Below are positions 36,398 through 48,141 of a stretch of DNA of 64,000 nucleotides, piece after piece. Source of the stretch: Klebsormidium nitens (lineage: Eukaryota; Plantae; Klebsormidiophyceae). Both the position numbers and the translations under genes were made by a program. The stretch lies in the NCBI GenBank assembly GCA_000708835.1, contig DF236997.1, positions 1-64,000 on the forward strand, in the 5' to 3' direction. Every line of letters starts with the position of its first letter. Within the stretch, counting starts at the first letter, position 1. The notes beneath the pieces are model-generated. The model had not been told where the DNA came from. It did not search any database and saw nothing but the letters and a program-made list of their open reading frames with translations.

Positions 36398-39300
36398 TCA
36401 CGTGCTCCGTGGCGGGTACGCCAGGTCCCGGCGTGCCCGTTGCAGCACGGCCGTGACCATGGCGTAGAACTGCGGCTCGCTGCTGGCAATGTCGGCCAGC
36501 GTGCGGGCCTCGTGCGCCTCGGCCTGCGCCACCATCACGAAACAGGCTGCCGGGTAAGACGACAGAAAGCAGCGCTAGCCGGCGATGACATTCTCCAGGC
36601 ATTCGAGGGACGTATACGAAACACTGACAGGGCGTACGGCCAGAATGGAGTTGTACCTTAACATGAGCCCCAAGATTGCATGCTGCCTCTTCAGGGATCA
36701 CAGGCGAATCCTGCATCAAAGTCGTCTCGGTCAAAGCTCGACCGAACTGACGAAAGGCGTGCCTCGTCTTTGCGTGCATTCTGGCAAGCCTATGATGGCG
36801 GCGGCTCTCACCTCCTCGAAGGTCAGCATGATCAGGTTGTCGATCGTCGGGGGCTTCGACGCGTCCCACCTGCGACGCACAGGGAGGGGGGCTGAGCCGA
36901 TCGATGATTCTTTAGCTCGCAACACGATATTTGCTATCACCACCTGCCTGCTGCCACACACCGCGCTCGTGCCCCTGAGACGTCGGAGAGGCGCTGCCGG
37001 CGGGCGCACCTGGTGAGGCACATGTGGGCCATTGCCCGGTACATGCCCCGCCCCACGTCCCGTGCGGCCTGGTCGCGCGCGCTGCGGCCGCGCCACATCT
37101 CGCGCGCAATGTACACCACCTCGTCCTCGTCCACGTCCACTGCGGCACCACTGCCGAACCGCAACTGCACCACGCGCAACGCACGTTAAGCATGGCCGCA
37201 GGCACGGGGCAGCGTGCGACCATCAACGAGCCGATCAGCTGTTGCTAAGATTTACCGGAGGCACTTTGTCAAACGCGGATCCGGAGTGAGGAATCTCTTG
37301 ATGGAAGGTATCATCGGCCTCCAAGTTGTGGCGCGCGAGGACACGGGCATCCGCATCTGCTGCCGCACGGCGGGCCCAGCACGCACCGATTGGCCGCACG
37401 GTGCACTTACCTCCTCCCGCTCGATCAGGCGGCGATGCAGCAAGCCGTAATGTTCGCGACCGAGGCGCAGTACGGGCTCGGGGGCGACGGGCAGGCGCGC
37501 GAGGGTGGTTACGACGTGGGCGGCCATGACGAGGCCGAAGAGGGCGGGCAGCGCACCCATCACCGGGATGGTACGTACGCGGAAGCCAGGCACCACCTGC
37601 ACAGCAACCAAACCAGGGGTAGACGCCGGGCAAGGGGGCCTGAAGACTACTGTAGCTGGAAGCCGAGCGGCTTGTCCCGGCCCAGTCATAAAGCCAAGCC
37701 GGCTCGCCCAAGTTGGGGTGCAAAGGATGCGGCAGTGACCACATGACGCCGCACAGCTGTCACGATCGAAGGCTGAAGCACGACAGAGCCGTTGCCGCAC
37801 CTGGTAGTCGGCCGGGTTCGCCTCCACCCCACCGGGCGCTTCGAAGGGCAGCAGGCCGGCCTTGGGCTTCTCGGTGGAGAAGACGACCGGGATGCCGTCC
37901 TGGATGCCGTGCAGGCGCCGCAGCCGCAGCCGCACCGCGCGGCTCAGGGGGTCCTCCGTGCTCTCGCTCAGGTCCGCCAGCCGCACGCGGGTCGGGTCGG
38001 CGCGGCCGCCCGCACCTGTAGTGACCACGGGACAGGCTCAAAAAGGGGACAGGGTGAGGGCGAAGAAAGGGTGGTCACGAAGTTGAGAAACAATGAGGTG
38101 AGGTGGTGTCGCTAACATGGAGGAGCGCCAGTCGAGGGGAGCACTCACCGGTGGCACTGACGACCTGCAGACCACGCCGCTTGCAGGCCGCCAGGAGCGC
38201 GACCTGGAAACAACCAGCAGGCTCGGGTAAACCATACGGAAGGACCAAATTCTTGGGGGCCAAGACGCGTTCAAAAAACAACTTGTCAAACGTACCCATC
38301 CACACACGGTACCTGAACTGTCCGCTGACGAGGTCAAAGCCTTTGGAAATCTTGTCTCGTATCACTGTTACGAGGGCCCACCTTGGTGTCAATGTTGTCG
38401 ATGCAGTCAAGCACAAAGTCCGGGCTCCCAGCGAGGACCTCCTCTTCCGTGGTGATGTCGTACATGAGCGCACGGGCGTCCACGTGGGCTTCCGGGAAGA
38501 TGCGTGCAAAGTGGCGCTGCAGGCACAACGCTTTAGGCGTGCCCACATCCTCCCGCACAGCCACCGCGTGGCGGTTCAACGACGACAGCGACACCTGGGG
38601 GGCAAGTGACGGGCACAGATTTTCCGGCTGGTGAGGAGAACGGATACTGCACTTCGACGGTGGCCCTCGGTACAAACCCGGACAAACTGCGATGTTGCAC
38701 ATCGCTGAGTAGTGCCTCACCTGGTCGAAGTCTACAATGCGCAGGCGGCCCACCCCTGAGCGCAGCAGCATGCTGGCCGCATGGCTGCCGACGCCCCCCA
38801 GGCCAACAACCACCTGCAAAGAAGGGTCAAATGGTGCTGATGCTCTGGACGTAAACCAGTTCCTGCCAACAAGAGCCATACACCATGCCGTTGGACCCAA
38901 CTTCATAGTGTGAACGAGCTTGCCCTGGCAAAGTGCATCTGGGTAGCCTTGAGGCCTGCAGCAAGCCTAGAACACACTGCTCCAATCTGGTCATGAGAGC
39001 TTCCAAGACCATTAGGCTGTGAGTAGCGATGTGAGTTGAGTATGAAAACACAAGCACAGCCAAGCACTGTCATGCCCACCACCTGCCTCTCACCACAAAG
39101 GCGCCATGGACTCGCGCCTGCCCCTCATCCCCAAAGAACTGGACGTTCCTGGAAATAGCAAAGGAAGCAGTTCAGTGAGGCAAGCTTTGCAGACTCCACT
39201 CCAGTTGCCCCAAGCTGAGCTTCCAAGCTACACGTATGCCCGACAACACAGAAGTGGCCTGCAAGTGTGGCTGTTCTGCCCACCTTGTGAACTGTTCTCG

Positions 39301-39915
39301 GATGATTTCATCTGCTTCGTCTAGCTGCACCGGGGGTGACGCCAAATCTATGGTACCATGAGAACCTGCGATTGATGGGCGCTGATCAGTGGAAGCCTTC
39401 ACATATTCCTTCTGAATTAAGGGTGGTGTGGCCAGCAAGAGTGCCAGAATTGATATCACAGGCCTTGGACAACACACAGAGACCAAATACCTCCTGAAGT
39501 AGTTGTGGGTCACCTTGATCGTGCCTGGATTGCTCCTTGGAGATCTCAGAGCCTAATGTGGACGGTATGACTCGATGGGCGCTGATTAGGTGGTGGCCTT
39601 CCTCAAGTTCCCTGCCCCAACGCATCTGAGTAACTTGGAGCTTTCGATAGAGTGGTGGTGTGGCCAGCAACAGCGCCGGTACCAATCTCGCAGGCTTCGA
39701 CAATGCATAAAAACTACTCCCTGCAAATATGGTGGCTCACCTTGAACCTGCCTTGCTTGCTCCTTGATGCCTTCAGAGCTGAATGTGGGTGGTGTACCTT
39801 GCCAGTTTCGTATCCGCTGTTTTGATAAACTATATCTAGCCAATGCTAGCGCCAGGCAGGTACCCAGGCAAGTCCCAGCCACAAATGCGCCAATCATATG
39901 AGTTCTGGAATCCAT
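36398..39915 (-). CDS. TCD: tRNA threonylcarbamoyladenosine dehydratase (TcdA/TCD1-2-like, ThiF family) with N-terminal TM
   Basis: N-terminal hydrophobic IGAFVAGTCLGTCLALALA. EQFTRNVQFFG, VVVGLGGVGSHAASMLLRSGVG, DFDQVSLSSLNRHA, DCIDNIDTK, DPLSRAVR, GIPVVFSTEK, FRVRTIPVMGALPALFG, WDASKPPTIDNL. Confidence 0.92.
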
Positions 39916-40454
39916 GCTGGCGCCCAGACTTGCACCATTGGCAGCAAACCACCACGAGCACACAACCTGGGACTCAGTTATTGTCTAGCAATGCCAACAA
40001 TGACAGCTGTCCAGCTGCAGCATTGGTGGCCTGGGTAGCAAATGTGAAGATGGGGCAAGAAAATTGCCAGTTAGCAAATCAAAGCAGGGGGCAGGAGAGA
40101 GGTTGTGGATCATTGGGTGAACGACAAGCAGCTGGCAGAGATGATTTAGGAAACCACAAGGGCTTTGCAGCTTGTGGGCACTTGACAGGTGTCAAAGAGG
40201 CTGGTGAGCAAATGGCTTCTCTGCCAAGAAGCTGGCTGGATAAAGAACAGCTGCGATGTACTGTAAAACTCCCTAGTGCAGGAGGAGTAAAAGGCCGAGT
40301 GCTGAGCACAAAGGATTGGAAGAGCGAAGTACAACGCAAATGAAGCTTGAGGTGCACAAATTCAATTGTCAATTGTACTCAGTACTGGCAAGTGCAAACT
40401 TCGAGCAAAAGAGAGAAAAACCGCTAATGAAAAGATGGAAGTGGAGTACGGAAC

Positions 40455-40528
40455 TGCTCACTACAGGGGTCGAACCTGTGACCTTGGCGTTATTAGCACC
40501 ACGCTCTAACCAACTGAGCTAAGCGAGC
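40455..40528 (-). tRNA. trnI-AAT: tRNA-Ile (anticodon AAT)
   Basis: GCTCGCTTAGCTCAGTTGGTTAGAGCGTGGTGCTAATAACGCCAAGGTCACAGGTTCGACCCCTGTAGTGAGCA folds as a full cloverleaf with A/B boxes. T-runs lie ~20-35 nt downstream. Confidence 0.97.
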
Positions 40529-40600
40529 TGGGTGGATGTGAGGGGGCGCCGGCCCTAATATCATATGGTAATGTAAGACCCTCTCTGCGATTCTGCAAAC

Positions 40601-40752
40601 AATCGGGGGGGCTGCCGCCCCCCCGAACCCCCCCGCTACGAGTTACCATGGCATGCACATTGCAGGGCACGAGCCCACACTCACGCACCGGCCATGCATC
40701 TGTTTACCTGTTGACCAAAATCGGGGGGGCGGTAGCTCCCCCGAACCCCCCT
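40601..40752. repeat. Two copies of an AATC-G7-loop-Cn-GAA-Cn hairpin motif
   Basis: 40601-40634 AATCGGGGGGGCTGCCGCCCCCCCGAACCCCCCC; 40719-40751 AATCGGGGGGGCGGTAGCTCCCCCGAACCCCCC. Confidence 0.8.
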
Positions 40753-41209
40753 ACTCCCGAAGAAGACTGAAGCTGCCATGCGATCAACCCGCAATGTGCA
40801 TGGCACAAGCAGAAGCGTATTCAGAGGCCCTGAGGGCCGAGGCTGATGAAAGACTTCCTTGTGGAGCCTCCTGTGGGAGCACATGAGATCCTAGCTCCCG
40901 GTCCAGGGGCCAGCTGTATTGGAGAATTGTAACTGTCAACTGCATGAATCAGCTACTGCAGGCAGCAGTCCAAGCCCCATTGCTGGTTGTGCGGCGGGCA
41001 CACGTAGAAGCTTGTCATAATTGGCGCTTAACCAAGTCAGACCAGTCGGTGTGCATTGTCTGAGCTTGGCAGCCCTTCCTTAGGACCCAATTGCATTGGA
41101 CGTCACTCGTGAGCTGGCAGTGTGCGGCACACATACTGAACCATCCTGCTGCTGACATCGTTGGGGCACCGCGCCACTCCCCCTGCCCGGCCAGCTGCTG
41201 CGCGCCACC

Positions 41210-44200
41210 ATGGCGCAGCAGGTGACGCCGTACCAGGTGGCGCTGTGCATCCTGACAGACGCATACGTGAAGCCTGACCCGGAGCAGAACCTGCCGCTGG
41301 GGCAGGACCTGTGCCTCTTTTTGGTGCGCGAGGCCCTGTCCAGCGCCAGCTTCCAGGAGCCGCCGCTGCCGCTCCTGCTGCAGCGCCTGCACGCCGCAGT
41401 GCCCGCAGAGGACGCGCTGCCGCTGCAGGACTACCTCGTGTCGCGCCTCGCACTGGCCACCTGCCCAGACGACCTCTTCCAGTTCTTCGTCAAGATCAGG
41501 GGTGAGTGAAAGGCTGCCTGCTACTGTCAACAGAAAGCTGCCTCCTCCCTGAGCACCGTGGTCATGTGAAGGCCCTCGATAGTCTCCTTTCAGCTGCCTG
41601 GCTTAATTGCTTAAATGCTGGTGGTGGCGACCCTCAGCTCCCCCCTTTTGCCCCCAGAGCTGCTGAGCACGAGCGGCCCCCCCGGGGAGGTCCTGGATGA
41701 GGAGGCCATCCTGCTGCAGCCGGGCAGCGCGCTTGGCATCTTCGTGCGCCGCGTGCTGCTGGCCTTCAACTCCCTCTCCTTTGAGGTGAGGCTTAGACAG
41801 TGGTCCAGGGTTGGCAGTGATGGTTGTACAATATCTGGTGGAATTGGGTCCAGCTGTTGTGGAAGGCTGGCACCCCTTCATTTGGGCGTCTGGAGATGGA
41901 GCAATCAGAAGTGGAAGGCTCTGGGTTGACAGCCCACATGACCTTCCTGAAGCCCCCCGTCAACTTGTCGTCCCTGGTGATCACCCTCGCTGACACATTC
42001 GTTTTGAATTTTGAGTTGCTTCAAATATAGAGCCAACTGTTTTGATGGGCAATTCCCCTCCAGCGAATGTGCTTTCAGCAATCTGCTCACCAGAGTGGCC
42101 CTCGTTTGAGCAGCTCTTGCTTTGACCACCCTAGTAGTCCATCAGGAAATCGTTTAGCCCTTGGCAAAGACTGACGCCTTTTGTCAACCATGAACAATCG
42201 GGGAAGAGGTTTGGGTTTTAACAATCGCAGGGGACGTGTATGCTTCTGTAGTATGGGGCAGAAGTAGGAGGTACGGACAGACAGTTGAAGTGGGGTAGTC
42301 CATCACCTGCTGTCCTCCATTCCCTGCACAGGCGACGTGCCGGCTGCTGACCAACATCAGCGCCTACTGCCGCTACTCGGGCAGCCCCACCGCGGATTCC
42401 CTTGCACCAGCCAATGCGCAGCCGGAGCCTGCTATGGCCTCAGCGCCGGAGAGCGATGACGAATACCCGGAGGACGAGGACGAGTTCGAGGAGGCCCAGA
42501 GGAGCGGTCGCCCCCCCTTGCGGGATGCCGGTTTCCGGCGGGCCTTCGGCAAGCGGGTGCGCTCGCTGCGCACAGCGGGCACAGCGGTGCGGCCCAGCAA
42601 GCAGGTGGAGGCGTTTCTGCAGGAGCAAGCGGACGCCATCGAGAGGTGCGCGAGCGATGCACGTGCATAGATCAGGGTTGCAGGCAGCTCGTCCTCAGCC
42701 GTCGGTGGTTCAGGGCTCGTTTATTGCTTGATTCATCGCAGTACTGTGTGTATGATTGAAGGTGTCGACCTGGAGGGTGCTGACGTCAGCAGCGGGGCGC
42801 TCGTTGTGCAGGGAGGTGGGGTGCGGCAGTGTGGCGGCGATGGACGCGCAGCTGAGCGAGCTGGAGCGGCTGGCGCCGGGCTTCCCCAAGGTGCAGTACG
42901 TGCGCTACCTGGCGCACATGCATGCGGGGGACGTCCCCGCTGCCACCGATGCCCTGCACCGCTACTTCGACTATGGCACCGGCCAGGACGGCAGCGCGCT
43001 CACTGCGGAAGGCGGGGCTAAGGGGCAGACGGGGCGCTTCCAGAACGCGCTGCTGAATCTGGGGAGCATGCACGTCCACTTTGGCCACGCCGCTGAGGCG
43101 ACGCAGGTGAGGGAGGGGGCAAGGGGGGAAACGAGCTTGTTCAGATGGAGAGTTCAACCATGAAGTGCCCCTTTGGTGGAACTACTTCTGCGCCTTCAAT
43201 CCGGTGCCATGTGGGGAAACCCCTGAGCTAATCGAGCAACGATGTTGCAAACGAGACTCTGTTCCTCTATTTTAGAATCACCTCGCCTGGTCTGGTCGGC
43301 TTGCCCAAGTGGACTCATAAACCTCGATTAGATATCTCAGATGTCTCGAGCCACTCAGGTCGATTCTACTCGTATTACTCAAAGGACCCTTTCTTGCCAT
43401 GATGGACGAAACATCGACATCAGGAGCTTTCTCATTCGGTTCAGCAGTATCTTCGCAGCATGTAAATTCGTTCGTCCTGCCCCCTGCAGGCGCTCAACGC
43501 CGCAGTGCGCGTGGCCCAGCAGAGCAGCGACGACGTGTGCTTGGCGCACGCGCTGGCGTCCCTGTGCCACCTGCTGGCGGAGGCGCCGTCTCCAGGGACC
43601 GCCCCCGGTGCCCCAGCCGCTGGAGGCGACCAGCGCGGCCCGGCCGAGGCACACCGCCAGCAGCTGCTCTTGCTGCTGCGGACCTGCTTCCGTCGCGCGC
43701 ATGAGCTGCGGCTGCCGCACCTCGTGGCCTTCAGGTGCGGCCCCTCAATGGTTGGAACGCCTCGAGAATTCTCTGCGCTTGAAAATCTTTCCTGTTTCCA
43801 CCTGCATCACACCCCCCTCAATCACTTCGATTTCTGGGCTTCCTTGTGCCCAAACAGCTGTGTTCCGTCTGGCCGATACCTCAGCGGACTAAGGAAGCCA
43901 GTTCTCGCTGTCCTCTGCAGTCGTCTCGCCCTCGCCCGCTTCGACATGCAGCACGTGCGCCTCCTGCCCACCGGCCTGCCCTCCCTCCCCGCTGCCGGAC
44001 CGCTCGGGACGGACCCCGTCGAGGTGAGCCACCACGCTCTGACAACTCCCCAAGGCTCTACGAATTCCACAGGGGTCCAGACGTGTGTTCTTTCGGCGAC
44101 ACTCCGGATTTCCTCTTTTATCCGGCGTCTCAGTCTGATCTGCGTCTCATCCTCCGACGTCGTTGTGTTGTCCTTCCCCTTGCCGACGCATGCCTGGCGC

Positions 44201-46809
44201 TCCCCCTGGCAGGTGTGCCGCCTGCTCCGCAGCAGCAGCCTGCTCCTGCTGGACGCCATTGGCAGCAGCCCCGCGCTGCCGTCGGCTGCCCCTTCGGGCG
44301 TGCGCGGCTCCCTCAGCCTGGCCGCCAGCGCGTCCGGCCTGGGCGACTCCCTGAGCCGCGCCCCGAGCCAGCTGGCCGCCAGCTTCAGCGTGGGGGCGGA
44401 CGGCCTCGGCAGCGGGCCGGGCAAGAAGCCCAGCATGGCCGCAGCAGCCGTGGCGCGCATGGCCGGGACGGCGCACCTGCTCAAGGCCACCGCCTGGGAC
44501 CTGTACGCCAGGTGAGGGAAGGGGGGGGCACGTGCCTCAGATGCGGGCGGCCGGACGAGCACCTGTCGGCGCCACGTTGGCCGGGCGTGTGCACGGTAGT
44601 CAGAAGCAATTCCCAAAACGGCCTTGGCGGGTGACCACAACCCTTGCATGTCAATCAACAACGTGTGGCCCGCCCTAGGTCTACTTATAGGAAAGACTTT
44701 CAGAACACCTTTTGTGTCTGTATTTGGCAGCGCCCCCCTGGCCCACGCCTCGACGCTGGTTCACGCAGCGTGCTACGACGACGTGGCCAGTGCGGACGAC
44801 CTCTGCCTGGCCGCTTGCCAGCTGGCCTCCCAAGCGGCTGCTGCGCGCGGGCCCACGGGGGGCCTGCGCGTGCTGGCGGCAGCGACGGCGCGGCCCAAGC
44901 TGGCGGCCGCAGCCGGGCAGGCGGTCAACCGGCGGCTGCGCATTGCGGCGCTGCGGCTGCAGCACGACCAGGCACTGCATCGAGGGGACCTGCGCGCAGC
45001 AGAGGAGGCGGTCGCCGAGCTGGCAGGTCAGCGGTGCAAGAATCTCACGGGCCTGCCGCAGGGAAAGGTTGAGGCCGATGTTCGAAGATGATCCTCTGGG
45101 GCACTGCATACTTCGCGACCTGGCTTTGCGCACAGGCGTCTCCACTTGCGTCCCGAACACCCTTTTTCAGCCTCCCCGCTCATGTCAGCGCACCGTGTAC
45201 CCTGCTGACGTCCCGTGCTTTATGGCAGCGCTCGCGTGCGGGCCCGGGGCGGAGGCGGAGCTGTGCGTGGACGCGGGGCTTCGGCACGCGGCGGTGCTAG
45301 TGGCGGGGCAGCGGTTCGAGGAGGCGGCGGCAGCAGGGGCGGCGGTGCACAGCCTGGCCGTGGCGGCGGGCCTGCAGCTGGACGCAGTGCGCGCGCTACT
45401 GCTGCTCGCCAAGGTCAGCACGCGCAACCCGTGTGCTCGACAAGCGCCCGCGGACGGATATCCGCGTCAGCTGCTCAATCGTTCCGAGGATGGGCTTCGG
45501 GTTCCCAACATCAGTTCCGCCGTTGGCATCTTGCGGATCCCAAGTCCGACGTGCTTCATCATGTCCGTGTTGGAAGTTGGTCACCCGCTTTGGTCAGTCT
45601 CCTAGTCGCAGTTGCAACAGAGTGGAAGCACGACCTTCTTCTCGATTGAGGGTGGTCCCCTCGTGCCTCTCCCCCTCGCTCCCTGGCTCCGCCCCGGCTG
45701 TCCCCCTGTACTCATGCTGCCCCCTGTCTGCTTGCCCAGGTGCACCTGGCTGCGGGTGCACCTGCCGCGGGCCTGCCGTATGCCCTGAGCGGCCTCACTC
45801 TGGCCCGGGCCTTCCACCTCGACCTGCATGCGGCGCGCGCCACCCTCACGCTCGCGGAGCTGGCCCTTCTGAGGGGGCCCGCGCACGCACATTCTGCCAT
45901 CCGCCAGGTACACACCCACGCAGGCCTGGCTCTCAACCCGCATAGCGTCTCCCCTTGTGCCGGCGACTATCTGCTCCGGCTGACTTCGGGCGGGCAGTCT
46001 TGGTTGGTGGGGCCTTTCTCCGGCGTGCCGTTTACTGACGCGCGCGGTTGCACGTTGGTTGCAGATCCAGCGCGTGCTGCCCGTGGTGCTGGCCCACGGC
46101 AGCCTGGAGCTGCGCGCAGACACCCACTTCGCGCTGGCGCGCGCCTGGCTGGCCGCCCTGAAGCCACAACAAGGTGCGGCACCCCACGCATGCTGAACAC
46201 GACCGGTTCGAGTCGACTGCCGTGACATGCCGCCTTCTTTTCTTCTGGCTTTTGCGTCCTCTCGTTGCTGGTTGTGACGACAGCAACGAGCGCGGATGTA
46301 CCTTGGTGGCTGAACTCAAGTCGACTGACTGCTATGAATAGGAAATGCTGCCTTGTGGATGACACTGGGAGACACTCGTCGAGCCTGAGGTGCCCCGTCT
46401 TTGGTGTTTGTCCCTGTGCAGGGAAGCAGTCGCCCGCTGTGGTGTTGGAGCCCCTCCAAGCAGCCTTCGAAGCCTACCGAGATCTCGAGGTGAGCCGGGG
46501 TTGCCGCAGATTGGAGCAAAAGGGTTTCTTCAGAAGCGAAGCCAAAGAAATTTGCCTTCGTAAACAGCGACTCGAGCTCTGACGAGGTTGCGCGAGTTGT
46601 GGACGTACTGTTTGTTGCCGTTGTGACAATGCAGGGGAATCATGAAAGGCCGACGCATGCCCTGCCTCTCGGTGCAGGCGAAGCCCGTGTGTCGCAAGGT
46701 GCTCCTCCTCACCGCCCTGTACTTGAACACGCTAGGCTGGACCAAGCAACGGGACCAGGTGGCCCAGCTATGCCGGACGTTCATGGAAAACCACCACCAA
46801 AATTTGTAA
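41210..46809 (+). CDS. APC5: Anaphase-promoting complex subunit 5 (multi-exon)
   Basis: VTPYQVALCIL, PDDLFQFF, SALGIFVRRVLLAFNSLSFE, VQYVRYLAHMHAGDVPAATDALHRYFDY, RFQNALLNLGSMHVHFGH, AVRVAQQSSDDVCLAHAL. C-terminus LLTALYLNTLGWTKQRDQVA..*. Confidence 0.9.
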
Positions 46810-48141
46810 TAAACAGGGCTTGTCCTTTGCAAGAGATTACCTTTCCCCGCCGTTACGTTCACTGCATCCACACATCGACTTGGCAAGCGGATGCAACGCA
46901 CTTACTTGCCCTCCTCGCATAGAGGATGGTTTTTTGTGTCGTGCCAGAGCCGATGGTAGCATTCGGCTCCTCGTGGCTCTTGGGAGTTGCGCTTGGTTTA
47001 CAGATATAATCAGACGTTGAATGTCATTGCTCGCGGCTGATCAGCTCAATCATACTGGTTCGAGATGACTTGCAACATATACTTGATACCGTATCGTTTC
47101 AAATTTTACTCCAAAATCAGGTCGACAACAGCCCTTGAGGGCCATCTTGGACACAAACCAACGATGTGGCGATTTTTCCAAAATTTGACGTACTGCGCGA
47201 AAGGTGTGATAGAGAGGACGTTTTATTGGACAGCTGTATATGCACATGGTGGCATGGCAACATGGACATTGATTGCCTGACTGAGTAGGTGATCCGCAAG
47301 GCTTAGTGGGACCGATGCCCAAGGGTGGCGATATTGTTCAGCACTATACTATAAGGCTCTAGCAGCCGCACGTGGCCCGGGCTGCAGCCATACTTTAATG
47401 ATATTCCAACACAACGCGCCGCCCGCCAAACATGTAAGGTATCGATTACAAAACTCACTATAGTAAAGCAGTAATATTATCCTGAAAACAATGGTGGCTG
47501 GTCAAATTCAATTTACCTGAAAGCGATCGAGCTCAAAAGAAGCCCACGAGGTGTACGTGTGCCACGGCATAATTAACGGCACATTGAACGGCACGCGTGT
47601 GACATGACCTCAGCTCTCCTCGGTTCTAGCCTTAATAGACTCAGAGTCCAGACTTCAGTTTTAAGGCCTTTCAAATTGCGGACAAGCACGGACGGTGCCC
47701 TTTTGCCTGTATTATCGGAGGGCTGCAATCGTTCCACGTTGCCCGCTTCGAAGTGTTCAACCGTTGTACACAACGCTGCATGCACGGAGCCGGTTTCGGC
47801 GTTTTACCCAGTCAAAGTGCTGCCTTCAGCCCCTCTGGTCAGGGAAACGGCACCTAAGCGATTGACACCACATCCGAATCTTCTATGGGCCAGATTTGCG
47901 CGCGCCCGTTGCCATCACGGACAGTGGAAGGGGGAATCCGTCACGTTCGAAGGCGTTCATCACATGGCGTTCAGAGTCCGGGTCGTGTAGCCTAGGACGT
48001 ACAGCTAGGCTGTGGCCCTTGTCATTCTTCCTGAGCCCGGTGCCGCCTTGCCTGCCCTCGAGCCCCGGCATTTCAAATTTGCACCTCTTTCTGCTGCCTT
48101 TGCTTCTGCATCGGTTAGAGGTCTGGACGATCACGGAGGGA

